A stretch of 64,000 nucleotides of DNA from Pirellulales bacterium. GTDB lineage: Bacteria; Planctomycetota; Planctomycetia; Pirellulales; JAICIG01. The stretch is taken from positions 1 through 64,000 of the forward strand of contig JBBDYJ010000030.1 of the NCBI GenBank assembly GCA_040901675.1, in the 5' to 3' direction. Positions 40,714-51,111 of the stretch are shown in pieces. The notes beneath the pieces were generated by a model. The model was given only the letters and a program-made list of their open reading frames with translations, was not told the DNA's origin and did no database searches. The first letter of the stretch is position 1. Each line of letters opens with the position of its first letter. The translations under genes were made by a program, and so were the position numbers.

Positions 40714-41562
40714 TCATTCGGCCGAGGTGCTGGTGGGTGGCGAGCAGGTCTCAATGGCCCTTGCAAGAAGCCCTTTGTCGACGTCCCACCAGCATTGCAG
40801 CCCGAGCAACGGCGCGTATAGCCTCGAATCCGCGATGATCTCCGCCGCTTCGACCGCCAGACGCCCCACGCAGTCCGATTCCAGCTCACAAGACAGGGCG
40901 GAAACGACTCTCTGATCGCCGCGCTTCGCCAATCCGACGAGGGCTTCGCCGCGTGCATCGTCGTCCGCGTCGAGCAGGCGTTCCAGGAGCGCCTCGCGCA
41001 GCGCCGGCGCGTCCAGCTCGGTCTGGGTGCCGAGCGCGAACGTCGCCCAGTCGCGGACACGCGGATCACTGTCTCTCGACAGCTCAATGAGCGTTTCGAC
41101 TGCAACTGAATCTTCGTAGCCGCCCAAGGCGAGCGCGACTGCCTCTCGAACGTCCGGGTCGGCATGCCGCCGAAAACGGGATGCAGGGATGATCAGTCGC
41201 GGGTCGCTCAGATGGCTGAACGCGACAAGGATCGATCGGAGCACATTCTGATCACGTTCGCGGCTTAATGCGTTTATTAGGATGTTGACACAGTATTCGG
41301 GAAACGTCCGCTCGGGCACGCCCAATTGCCCGAGCATATCGGCTCCCAGCCGGCGCTCGTGCGGGCAGGAGCTGCGGCAGAGTCCGGCGGCTCGACGAAG
41401 CACTTCGAGGGTACCGCGATACTGCAGCGCGCAGACGGCATCCCAAGCGATGTCTTCATCCGTCTCGCTCAATGCGGCGAAGATCAATTCATCGACCGTT
41501 CGAGGATCATCCTTCGGATGAAGGCAGGCCGGGGAACCGTTTTGATCTGTCACGCCGAACAC
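40714..41562 (-). CDS. HEAT repeat protein
   Basis: D.D..VR..A..ALG repeats; VRDWATFALG; start uncertain. Confidence 0.8.
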   Translation of the reverse strand: MFGVTDQNGSPACLHPKDDPRTVDELIFAALSETDEDIAWDAVCALQYRGTLEVLRRAAGLCRSSCPHERRLGADMLGQLGVPERTFPEYCVNILINALSRERDQNVLRSILVAFSHLSDPRLIIPASRFRRHADPDVREAVALALGGYEDSVAVETLIELSRDSDPRVRDWATFALGTQTELDAPALREALLERLLDADDDARGEALVGLAKRGDQRVVSALSCELESDCVGRLAVEAAEIIADSRLYAPLLGLQCWWDVDKGLLARAIETCSPPTSTSAE

Positions 41563-41901
41563 TCCGCCGGCATTGGGAGCCGGCTGGCTTCACGACCGTG
41601 GGCCGCCCTTCCTGGTGCGACACCGCTCCATCGTCCCGGGTTCGCATGCTCGCCGGGAAGGTGGATTTGATTCCTCGCTGCTGCCGGCAGGTCGAGCACG
41701 CGCCTGGCAGGCGCCGAGCCAAGGTGAACCTCGGCCTTGCCGCCGTGTCGGTTTCGATAGCTTCCCAGACCAACAGATCGAGCTAGTCGCAGGAGAAACA
41801 GGCTATGCGGGTACCCACTTGGATGCAAAGTTCGGCACGCTTCTTCGGACCGTGGTTAACCCATCTCGCGGAACGTAGACGCACTGTCGAAGGCATCCAA
41901 G

Positions 41902-43082
41902 ATGAACCTGGAGCAACTGATAGAACTACTGGACCCAGACGTAGATTGTGACCCGGAGGATCGTGAAGCCTATCTTCATTTCCGGTCGCTGGGCCTGGCA
42001 GCGGCCGGCGAGTACCGGCAGTGGTGCCAGCGGCATGGTTTCAGCACTCGGTTGACCAAGAGCTGGCGGGAGCGGCTCCGGGAGCGCGCTTTCCTTTTCC
42101 GCCCGGTTGCCGAGGCCAGGCTCGCCCAGAGAAAGCGTGAGCTTCGCGCCCCGGAGAAGGTCATTCGAGCCATCTTCCAGGGACAACTCGTGGAGGATCA
42201 GCTTGTAGCGCCTTACTTCAAGGAGATTTGCCGAGCCTGCCAGGCGGCCAAGCAACGCCCGAACTACGAGCGCAATCTGTTTCGGCTGCTGATGCATGCA
42301 ACGCGGCACGCCAGCCTGCTGGCGATGGAACAGGTAGTTCCCCGCTTGGGCCGCCAGGAAGGAAACACCTTCGTCGGCGGACTGGCCGCCCTGGCCAGGC
42401 ATTCGGCAAGCTGGCTGCGCGACGTCGAGAACTGGCGGCCGCGCACGCACAGCCCGCGCCGGAAATTCTCCTCACTGGCTCGCCACCTTTTCGCAGACTG
42501 GCCTGTCCCGTTGTTCATGGACTCGGTTTGGTTCAAAGGCGCTTCCAGCGAGGCCCTGCGCCAGCAAGGCTGGTTCCTGCACTTGGGCCGCGGCGAGAAC
42601 ATCCGCACGGCGGACCTGCCTTTGCCATACACCAAGAAAATGTCCCACTACTTCATGCAAGCTCCCAGCGAACTGAGCGTCGAGGGGGCACTGCGGTGGG
42701 GCCAGGTGCACGCGTTGGGCGGCTCCGGGCGCCTGGCGCGGGCGATTGTCGGCACCTGGCTGGAGACCGACTTGGAGCACGACGACTTTGTTCTCTCGGT
42801 CTTGCGGTTCCTGTTGGCCAACCCCACTTTGGACAAGCTGCAGGTTCGACGGCTCGCCGACTACATTCATGATGTGAAGCCCGCGGGTATTGCTCGATCT
42901 GGACCATGGAAGTCGAAAGCCTTGCGGAAAGGCGGAAACTACTCACGATCGAGTTGGACGTGAAGAGAAGGACCATCTGCCAGGCTCGAGGCAAACTGAA
43001 TGCCAAGCCGAGCAAAGAGCACCTGGCCATCCTTCGCCTCTGGGCCGACCAGGCCGGACTGCGACTTGCCATGTGCCTATGA
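41902..43082 (+). pseudogene. PcfJ-like domain protein with an internal deletion and frameshift near 42880
   Basis: HLFA.WPVP.FMDSVW, G.NIR..DLP, ALRWGQV; the C-terminus SIWTM...LTIEL....TICQARGKLN...ILRLWA lies in another frame at 42882-43082. Confidence 0.75.
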
Positions 43083-43151
43083 GCGCCGTCGGAAGGACAG
43101 GCCAGAAAGAGCATCGCCTCGGCCGGTGCCCGGGCGATGAAACAGGTCTAA

Positions 43152-43223
43152 AGACGCCGGTGGGAGTCGAACCCACTGAAAACCGCTCTGCAGGCGGTCG
43201 CCTTGCCGTCTGGCTCCAGCGTC
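43152..43223 (-). tRNA. tRNA-Cys (GCA), atypical
   Basis: GACGCTG/CGGCGTC acceptor stem, GCC/GGC D stem, ACCGC-CTGCAGA-GCGGT anticodon arm, GTGGG-TTCGACT-CCCAC T arm, U73, no encoded CCA. Confidence 0.85.
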
Positions 43224-43293
43224 ACCACGAACACGAATGAACGACAGAGGATGAAGGCGGAACCGCCACCCTACGGGCCCGCTGATTCTGCCT

Positions 43294-43902
43294 TCATCCT
43301 TCTGCCTTCGGCCCTTCATCCTCGAGACTCACGTTCCAGTAAGCCTCGCTCACGAACTTCGACCAGCTTGCCACCACCACGCCGTGGCGGGCGTACAGCG
43401 GCTTCCAGGCCGGGCGGACCGGCTGCTTGCGCAGCCGCATGCCGGCCTGCTGCGGAGTCCGGTCGGCCTTGCGCTTGTTGCACTCGACGCAAGCCAGCAC
43501 GCAGTTGGTCCAAGTCGACAGGCCGCCTTGCGACCGCGGCACGACGTGGTCGATCGACAGCTCCTCGCTCCCCGGCTGCCGGCCGCAATACTGGCAGGTG
43601 CTGTGGTCGCGCTTGAAGATGTTGCGGCGGCTGAAGCTCACGGCCGCATCGGGCAGCCGATCATATCCATTCAGCACCACAACCTCCGGCACGCGCAGCC
43701 GCAGCCGGCTGGCGCGGATGCACGGTTCGCCGTCGGGCGGAGCGAGCCGCGACCAGTCGGCCCAGGTGTAGAGCTGGAAATCGTCCGGGTCGACCACGCG
43801 GGCCGCCGCGTTCCACACCAGCACCAATGCCCGGGCCACGGTGGCCACGTTTACCGGCTGCCAGTTTCGGTTGAGGATCAGCGTTGGGCGCTCGAGTACC
43901 AT
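43294..43902 (-). CDS. HNH endonuclease (McrA / HNH_5-like)
   Basis: LILN..W.P, SRRNIFKRD..TCQYCG, IDHVVPRS.GG...W.N.V.AC..CN.RK. Confidence 0.9.
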   Translation of the reverse strand: MVLERPTLILNRNWQPVNVATVARALVLVWNAAARVVDPDDFQLYTWADWSRLAPPDGEPCIRASRLRLRVPEVVVLNGYDRLPDAAVSFSRRNIFKRDHSTCQYCGRQPGSEELSIDHVVPRSQGGLSTWTNCVLACVECNKRKADRTPQQAGMRLRKQPVRPAWKPLYARHGVVVASWSKFVSEAYWNVSLEDEGPKAEG

Positions 43903-44139
43903 GCTTAATTGTTGCTTTTTAGTCCAGGGGTGGATCCGCCATTGGAATGCATACCATCCCTAACCCATTAGACGCAAGCAGTTTCCGGAAGGTTCGCGCG
44001 GGCCCACCCCGCAGCGCGGCACGTGCAAAAGGAGCGTCAGGCGTCAGCGGGCGGCCCGCTTTGCGCTGGAGCAGCCTGATCGCCGACAAGTCCCGCCGCA
44101 ACAAGTCCTGGGAAACCGGAAGCCGCCAGATGCTCTGAG

Positions 44140-45954
44140 CTACTCTTCCGCTTCCGCTTCTTCTTCTTCCGAGACGGCTTCACGCGGCTTGAACAAGGGG
44201 CCCTTCTCGCCCCGCGTTCCACCTTTGAGCTCGGTGGGCGGAACGCTCGACGGGCCGCCAGGCGGATGATGGCCGTCGGTCGGCTGGCTGCCGGCCTCCT
44301 CGGCCCACTCGACGCGTTTCCGCGAGAGGCCGATCTTGCGCTCCTCGGCATCGACGCGTAGGATCTTGACCTCGATCTCATCGCCGACCTTGACCACCTC
44401 CTCCGGATTCTCGACCTTGTGGTCGGCCAGCTCCGAGATGTGCAACAGGCCTTCCAGGCCGTTCTCCAAACCGACGAACACGCCGAAATTGGTCAGCTTG
44501 GTCACCGTGCCGGTGACCACCTGGCCCGGCTGGTACTTGTTGGGAATGTCGCTCGCCCAGGGATCCTCGTGCAACTGCTTGAGCCCCAGGGCGATCCGCC
44601 GCCGCTGCTGATCGACCGACAGCACCCGGCACTCCAGCCGTTGCCCCTTTTCGACGACCTCGCTGGGATGGCTGATCTTGCGGGTCCAGCTCATGTCGCT
44701 CACGTGCAGCAGGCCGTCGATCCCCTCCTCGATCTCGATGAAGGCGCCGTAGTTGGTCAGGTTGCGGACCACGCCGGACACGGGTGTGCCGGGCGGATAG
44801 TGCTCGGCCACCTTGTCCCAGGGATTCTCCTGGGTCTGCTTCATGCCCAGCGAGATCTCCTGCTTTTCCCTGTTGATCCCCAGCACGACGACTTCGATCT
44901 CGTCGTCGATGTGCACCAGCTCGTTGGGGTGGCTGATCCGCTTGGTCCACGACATCTCGCTGATGTGCACCAGGCCCTCGATCCCTTCCTCCAGCTTGAC
45001 GAAAGCCCCGTAACTCATCACGTTGACCACGGTCCCCTTGATGCGGCTGCCGACGGGGTACTTGTCCGCCACGTTCTCCCAGGGACTGGCCGACTTCTGC
45101 TTGAGCCCCAGGGCGATCTTCTCCTTCTCGCGGTCGATGTGCAGGATCTGGACCTCGATCTCCTCGTCGATCGAGACCAGCTCCGAGGGATGACCGATGC
45201 GGCCCCAGCTCATGTCGGTGATGTGCAGCAGGCCGTCGATGCCCCCCAGGTCGACGAAGGCGCCGAACTCGGCAATGTTCTTCACGGTGCCCTTGCGGAG
45301 CTGGCCGATTTCCAGCTCGCGCAAGAGCTTGGCTTTCTTTTCCGCCCGCTCGCTCTCGATCAGCGAACGGCGGCTGACAACGATGTTGCGCCGGGCCTCG
45401 TCGATCTTGAGCACGATGCATTGGATGGTGCGGCCGATGTAGTCGCCGATGTCGGGCGGGCGGCGGATGTCGACCTGGCTGGCCGGCAGGAACACGTTCA
45501 CGCCGATATCGACCAGCAGGCCCCCCTTGATCTTGCGGGTGGCGGTGCCGGTGACGATGTCCCCCTCGTGCACCGACTCCATGACCTTCTTCCAGGCCTC
45601 GATCTTCTCGGCCTTGCGCTTGCTGAGGCTGATCATGCCGGCCTCGTCGAGGCCGAACTGGGCGTCTTCGATTTCCTCGATCAGCACCTTGACCATCTGT
45701 CCGGGCTGGGGCGGCTCTTCTTCTTCGCCCCATTCGTTGAGCGGGATGGTGCCTTCGCTCTTGTAGCCGACGTCGACCAGCACCAGCTCGCCCTCGATCC
45801 TGAGCACGCGCCCCTGGACGATTTCGTTGAGGGTGATGTCCTCGCCGCCCCACTCGATCTCCTCCGGATCGGTGCCGGCCAGCGCGGCGGTGAGTTCCTC
45901 TTCCCAGTCCTGCTCGTTGAGATCGAGCCCCCGAATCAAATTGCGATTGACCAT
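44140..45954 (-). CDS. rpsA: 30S ribosomal protein S1
   Basis: Six S1 domains; DVGYKSEG, FLPASQVD, DGLLHITDMSW. Confidence 0.97.
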   Translation of the reverse strand: MVNRNLIRGLDLNEQDWEEELTAALAGTDPEEIEWGGEDITLNEIVQGRVLRIEGELVLVDVGYKSEGTIPLNEWGEEEEPPQPGQMVKVLIEEIEDAQFGLDEAGMISLSKRKAEKIEAWKKVMESVHEGDIVTGTATRKIKGGLLVDIGVNVFLPASQVDIRRPPDIGDYIGRTIQCIVLKIDEARRNIVVSRRSLIESERAEKKAKLLRELEIGQLRKGTVKNIAEFGAFVDLGGIDGLLHITDMSWGRIGHPSELVSIDEEIEVQILHIDREKEKIALGLKQKSASPWENVADKYPVGSRIKGTVVNVMSYGAFVKLEEGIEGLVHISEMSWTKRISHPNELVHIDDEIEVVVLGINREKQEISLGMKQTQENPWDKVAEHYPPGTPVSGVVRNLTNYGAFIEIEEGIDGLLHVSDMSWTRKISHPSEVVEKGQRLECRVLSVDQQRRRIALGLKQLHEDPWASDIPNKYQPGQVVTGTVTKLTNFGVFVGLENGLEGLLHISELADHKVENPEEVVKVGDEIEVKILRVDAEERKIGLSRKRVEWAEEAGSQPTDGHHPPGGPSSVPPTELKGGTRGEKGPLFKPREAVSEEEEAEAEE

Positions 45955-46339
45955 GCAGTAGCCACCCGATCCCGCCCCGGAATCGGCCAAAAAATTTGAA
46001 ATGCCTGCTCTCGTCCACCCGGTCCGCCGACAAGGCGAACAACCGCGGGCCCTCGAAAGAACCGACCAATATATCAAAGCCTTGGTCCACTCACAACACG
46101 GCTACTCCAATGCCTTTGGCGTTCCGGCGCCGTGCTTTCACGCTCGCCGCGCCGCCAAAGCGCGGCCGCGCCGCCGACGTTGCCGGCCGGGGCCGCATCC
46201 GGCCATTTGGTGCCGTTATTCGGGCCGCTTTGCGTTGCACGAGCCAGCGCAGGGGATAAACTGGCCACCGGGTCTCACGGGGAGAAGACCGCCCCCCAGA
46301 CCTCGATCTCTGTCCGTCAGCGTCAAGGGAGGCCCAGCC

Positions 46340-47131
46340 ATGCGGGTCGATTTACAAGGCCAGACGGCGCTCGTCACCGGAGGCGCCCTGGGCATCGGAC
46401 GGGCCATCGCCCAAAGCCTGGCGGCCAACGGAGCCCATGTCGCCATCGTCGATATCGACGAGGAGGCGGCCCGCCGGACGGCCGACGAACTGGCTTCGGC
46501 TGGGCGCGCGGCCGCCTTTGTGGGCGACGTGGCCGATGCGGCGCGGATGGCAGCCGTTGCATCCGAGGTGGCACGGCAGCTCGGGCCGCCGCGGATCCTC
46601 GTCAACAACGCCGGCATCAACACCCTCGATGATCGGCGTCCGATCCACGAGTACCCGCTGGCCGATTGGGACAAGATCCTGCGCGTCGACCTGACCGGCG
46701 TGTTCCTGACTAGCCAGGCCGTGGTGCCGATGATGCTCGCCGCCGGCGGAGGCCGGATCGTCAACCTGGCCTCCGTGGCGGGGCTCGTTCCCTTGCGGCT
46801 GCAAAGCGCCTACGTGGCCGCCAAGGCGGGCGTGGTCAACTTGTCCAAGTCGATGGCTTTGGAGCTGGGCCCCTCGGGCATCCTCACCAACTGCGTCGCC
46901 CCCGGATCGATCCTGACCCGCGGCACGCGGGCCTTGTTCTACGACTCCGACGGGTCGTACTCCGAGAAGGCCGCCAGTCTCTTGTCGCACGTGCCGCTGG
47001 GCCGCCCGGGCTCGCCGGAGGAGATCGCTCACGCGGTATTGTTCCTGGTGGCGCCCGAATCGAGCTATATCAACGGCGCCGTCCTGACGGTTGATGGGGG
47101 TTGGACCGCCGGCTACACCCGCGACTGGTAG
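46340..47131 (+). CDS. SDR family oxidoreductase
   Basis: TGGALGIG, NNAG, YVAAK. Confidence 0.9.
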   Translation: MRVDLQGQTALVTGGALGIGRAIAQSLAANGAHVAIVDIDEEAARRTADELASAGRAAAFVGDVADAARMAAVASEVARQLGPPRILVNNAGINTLDDRRPIHEYPLADWDKILRVDLTGVFLTSQAVVPMMLAAGGGRIVNLASVAGLVPLRLQSAYVAAKAGVVNLSKSMALELGPSGILTNCVAPGSILTRGTRALFYDSDGSYSEKAASLLSHVPLGRPGSPEEIAHAVLFLVAPESSYINGAVLTVDGGWTAGYTRDW

Positions 47132-47134
47132 GCG

Positions 47135-48292
47135 ATGAAGATCACGCGGCTCGAAAGTTTTCTGGCCAATGCCGGGCTGAGGAACTACCTGTTCCTGCGG
47201 CTCACGACCGACACGGGCGTCCGCGGCCTGGGCGAAGCTTCGCTGGAATGGCAGGAGAAGACGGTCCAGACCCTGGTCCACGAATGGGTCGAACAACGCG
47301 TGCTGGGGCGCGACCCCTTCGACGTCGAGGACATCGTGGGCGGCCTGGTGCGCGACCAGTACCAGGGCGGCTCGACGGTGATGACCGCCATCAGCGGGGT
47401 CGAGATCGCCCTTTGGGACATCATGGGCAAGGCCTGCGGGCAGCCGGTTTACAAGCTGCTCGGCGGGCGCTGCCGATCGACCATTCCCGCCTATGCCAAC
47501 GGCTGGTACGGCGGGGCCGCCAGCCCGACCGACGTGGCCGAGCGGGCCCGCGACGTGGTGGCCCGCGGCTATCGGGCGCTCAAGTTCGATCCGTTCGGCA
47601 CGGCCTGGAAAGCGATATCGCCCGGCGAGACGGCGGCGGCGCTGGAGCTAGTGGCGGCCGTGCGCGAAGCGGTGGGAAGCGACGTGGGGCTGTTGATCGA
47701 GTTTCACGGCCGGCTCTCCGCCACGCATGCCATAGAGATGATGCAGGCGCTGGCCCGCTACCGCCCGGCGTGGTGCGAAGAACCGGTGGCTCCGGAATGC
47801 CTCGACCTTTTGGCCGAAGTGCGCCGCCGCGCGCCGGGGCGGATCGCCGCCGGCGAGCGGCTCTATACGCAGGCCGATTTTTACCGTCTGATCGCCTCGA
47901 GAGCCGCCGACGTGGTCCAGATGGACATTGCCCATTGCGGAGGGCTGTTGGCCGCCAAGAAGATCGCCGCCATGGCCGCCGCACAAGACATCGAGGTCTC
48001 GCCCCACTGCTCGATCGGCCCGGTGGCGTTGGCGGCCGCGCTGCACTTCGATGTCAGCACGCCCAACTTCCAGATCCAGGAGGCGTTTTCGGAGTTCGAC
48101 GTGCCGTGGCACAACGATCTGGTCCGCGGCTTTAATCCGCTCGAGGCGGGCCAGTTCACGCTCTCCGACTCGCCGGGACTGGGGTTGGAGCTCGACGAAG
48201 ATGTCATCGCCGCGCATCCGTACAAGCCCAACGCCTTCCCCAGTCTTTGGGACAAGCAGTGGCTGACCGGCTTTACACAAAGCGAATTCTGA
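47135..48292 (+). CDS. Mandelate racemase-family acid-sugar dehydratase (galactonate dehydratase-like)
   Basis: IALWDI.GK, YANGW, KFDPF, E.HGR, EEP, GERL. Confidence 0.88.
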   Translation: MKITRLESFLANAGLRNYLFLRLTTDTGVRGLGEASLEWQEKTVQTLVHEWVEQRVLGRDPFDVEDIVGGLVRDQYQGGSTVMTAISGVEIALWDIMGKACGQPVYKLLGGRCRSTIPAYANGWYGGAASPTDVAERARDVVARGYRALKFDPFGTAWKAISPGETAAALELVAAVREAVGSDVGLLIEFHGRLSATHAIEMMQALARYRPAWCEEPVAPECLDLLAEVRRRAPGRIAAGERLYTQADFYRLIASRAADVVQMDIAHCGGLLAAKKIAAMAAAQDIEVSPHCSIGPVALAAALHFDVSTPNFQIQEAFSEFDVPWHNDLVRGFNPLEAGQFTLSDSPGLGLELDEDVIAAHPYKPNAFPSLWDKQWLTGFTQSEF

Positions 48293-48316
48293 GCCAGCGC
48301 GAGAGGGAGCTGCCGA

Positions 48317-49426
48317 GTGCGAACATTCCGCCTGGCATTCACGGGCGATTACCTCGATGAAAAGGGCCAGCCCGCTTACGGCGACCATGGCTACGTGCAA
48401 CTGGCCCAGGCGCCCTACGTCGAGTACGACTTTCTCCGCGACCAGGCGCCGCGGGCCGGCGATGCGGCCTACTGGCAGCGGTTGTATTCCATGGAGGTCA
48501 CCCCCGGGCAGATCCGCGGCCTGGACGGCCTCGTGGTGCTCAGGCCGGCCGTCAGGCGGCCCGCGATCGCCGCCGCGGCCGAGCGGCTGGTCGTCATCGG
48601 CCGCTCCGGCGCCGGCTACGAAAAGATCGACGCGGCGGCCTGCACCGAGCACGACGTGCTCTTGTTCAACGCTCCCCGGGGCCTCGACCACGCCACCGCA
48701 TCGACGGCGCTGATGTTCATGCTGGTGCTGGCCAAGCGGCTGGCCGAGCAGCAGGAAATCACCCGGCGGGCACAGTGGCAGCGCCAGGCGGAGGTGACTG
48801 GAAGCGAGATCCAGGGACGCACGCTGGGGATCATCGGGCTGGGGCACAGCGGGCGCGAGCTGGTGCGGCTGGTGGCCCCCTTCGAGATGCGCGTGCTGGC
48901 CTACTCTCCCCACGCCGATCCGGCCCAGGCCTTGGCCTTGGGCGTGCAACTGACGACTTTGGACGAACTGCTGCGGGAGTCGGACTTTGTCAGCCTGCAC
49001 GCGCGGTTGACCGACAGCGTGCGGCGGCTGATCGGCGCCCCGCAGTTGGCCATGATGAAGCCCACCGCCTACCTGATCAACATTGCCCGCGGCGCGATGA
49101 TCGACCAGGCCGCCCTGGTGGCCGCTCTGCGCGAACGGCGGATCGCCGGCGCCGCGCTCGACGTGTTCGAAGTCGAGCCGCTGCCGGCCGGTGATCCGCT
49201 GCTGGGGTTGGACAACGTGGTGATCACGCCGCACTGGTCCGCCTCGACCAGCGACGTGTGGGCAACGACCGGCAAGGCCACGGCCGAGGGGGTGCTGCGC
49301 GTGGCGCGGGGCGAGCCGCCCGCCAACGTGGTGAATCCGGCAGTGCTCGAGCGGTCCGGCTTCCAAGCCAAGCTGGCGCGGTTCGCCGAGAACCAGGCGG
49401 TGGCACGGCCGGCGCGGGCCGAGTAA
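48317..49426 (+). CDS. D-isomer-specific 2-hydroxyacid dehydrogenase
   Basis: GIIGLG..G, INIARG, ALDVF..EP, TPH. Confidence 0.9.
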   Translation: MRTFRLAFTGDYLDEKGQPAYGDHGYVQLAQAPYVEYDFLRDQAPRAGDAAYWQRLYSMEVTPGQIRGLDGLVVLRPAVRRPAIAAAAERLVVIGRSGAGYEKIDAAACTEHDVLLFNAPRGLDHATASTALMFMLVLAKRLAEQQEITRRAQWQRQAEVTGSEIQGRTLGIIGLGHSGRELVRLVAPFEMRVLAYSPHADPAQALALGVQLTTLDELLRESDFVSLHARLTDSVRRLIGAPQLAMMKPTAYLINIARGAMIDQAALVAALRERRIAGAALDVFEVEPLPAGDPLLGLDNVVITPHWSASTSDVWATTGKATAEGVLRVARGEPPANVVNPAVLERSGFQAKLARFAENQAVARPARAE

Positions 49427-49476
49427 ACTCCAGACCGGCAGCGTGCCTCACTACCCACCCAAGAAAGGTCGATAGC

Positions 49477-51111
49477 ATGGCGGACAGACCTGCCGTGGGC
49501 AGCCAGTCGTTTGTGGCGCCGCATCCCGGCTCGAAGGCGATGCCGCGCTGGAACACGGCCGAACTGATCGATGCGCCTCGCTTTACCTGGCGCAACTGGG
49601 CCGCCATGATCGGTCCGGGACTGCTGATGGGCGGCGCGGCGATCGGGGGCGGCGAGTGGCTGACCGGGCCCTTGGTCACGGCACGCTACGGGGGCAACAT
49701 GCTCTGGCTGGCCACTTTGAGCATCGTCTTCCAGGTGATCTACAACCTGGAAATCTGCCGCTACACGCTCTACACGGGCGAGCCGATCTTCACGGGCAAG
49801 TTCCGCACGCCCCCCGGCCCCGCCTTCTGGCTGCTGGCTTACATCGCCCTCGATTTCGGCGCGCTGTTCCCCTACCTGGCCGCCAGCGCGGCCACGCCCG
49901 TGGCCATGCTGATCCTCCGGGAGCTTCCCGATCCTCAATCGACGGAACTGGTGAGCGTGCTCGGCCTGGAGATGACGGAGAAGACGCTATTGAAGGTGTT
50001 GGGCAACGCGATCTTCCTCTTGGCGTTGGTGCCGCTGATCTTTGGAGGCAAGATTTACAATTCGCTCAGAGCGGTGATGACGTTCAAGATCGTGACCGTG
50101 TTCGGTTTCCTGCTGGTGCTGGGGGCGCTGTACACGGGCGTCGAAACCTGGATCGAAATCACGACCGGCTTCTTCAAGTTCGGCATGGTGCCGATTCAAG
50201 GCGGCGAACACGCCCACAGCGTCGACAACGTCTTCCTGGCGCTGTTCGAGGGCCGCGGCTTTCCCATAATCGACTTCACCACCATCGGCCTGTTGTGCGC
50301 GATGGTGGCCATCTCCGGACAGGGCGGGTTGTCCAACACCCCCCTGAGCAACTACACCCGCGACCAGGGCTGGGGGATGGGCCACCACGTCGGTGCCATC
50401 CCCAGCGTGGTGGGCGGCCACCGGATCAAGCTGTCGCACGTCGGCTCGGTCTTCGAGGTCACTGCCGACTCGCTCTCGCGCTGGCGGCGCTGGTACCGCC
50501 ACGTCATGCGCGATCAGCTCGTCATTTGGATGCCGGCCTGCTTCATCGGCTTGGCGCTGCCCAGCATTCTCTCCGTCGAGTTCCTCCCGCGGGGCACCGA
50601 GGCGGACCCGTGGACCGCGGCCGGCATGACGGCGGGAAAGGTGGGCGAGCACGTGACCAGCGTCTCGGGCCCCACGATCGGCGGCTTCTTTTGGTTCATG
50701 ACCGTGTTTTGCGGCTTCCTGGTGCTGGCGCCCAGCATGTCCAGCAGCGCCGACGGCGTGGTCCGCCGTTGGCTCGACGTGCTCTGGACCGGCAGCGCCG
50801 GCCTGCGGCAGGTCGATCCGCGGCAGATCGGCAAGGTCTACTTCGGTGTGCTCTGCGGATACGCCGTGTTCGGTCTGCTGGTGCTCACCTTCGTGCCCCC
50901 AGGCCGCCTGCTCATCATCGCGACGAACATCTTCAACTATGCCTTGGGCTTCAGTTGCTGGCACGCCCTGGCCGTCAACCTGATCCTGCTGCCTCGCGAG
51001 CTGCGCCCCTGCTGGGCCATACGAATCAGCTTGTTCGTGGCCGGAGCCTTTTTCATGCTGGTTGCCGGTTTGACCACCTATCACACCCTGGCCCGTGCTG
51101 GCTGGATCTAG
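49477..51111 (+). CDS. NRAMP-related membrane transporter
   Basis: GPGL......IG.GEW, RYTLYTGE; about 11 hydrophobic segments. Confidence 0.8.
   Translation: MADRPAVGSQSFVAPHPGSKAMPRWNTAELIDAPRFTWRNWAAMIGPGLLMGGAAIGGGEWLTGPLVTARYGGNMLWLATLSIVFQVIYNLEICRYTLYTGEPIFTGKFRTPPGPAFWLLAYIALDFGALFPYLAASAATPVAMLILRELPDPQSTELVSVLGLEMTEKTLLKVLGNAIFLLALVPLIFGGKIYNSLRAVMTFKIVTVFGFLLVLGALYTGVETWIEITTGFFKFGMVPIQGGEHAHSVDNVFLALFEGRGFPIIDFTTIGLLCAMVAISGQGGLSNTPLSNYTRDQGWGMGHHVGAIPSVVGGHRIKLSHVGSVFEVTADSLSRWRRWYRHVMRDQLVIWMPACFIGLALPSILSVEFLPRGTEADPWTAAGMTAGKVGEHVTSVSGPTIGGFFWFMTVFCGFLVLAPSMSSSADGVVRRWLDVLWTGSAGLRQVDPRQIGKVYFGVLCGYAVFGLLVLTFVPPGRLLIIATNIFNYALGFSCWHALAVNLILLPRELRPCWAIRISLFVAGAFFMLVAGLTTYHTLARAGWI

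Noticed and set aside
43903..44139. Structured ncRNA or recombinase site between rpsA and HNH
   Set aside because: Only short imperfect repeats (ACAAGTCC twice, a weak TAAC...GTTT palindrome); not enough to support a call without a covariance search.
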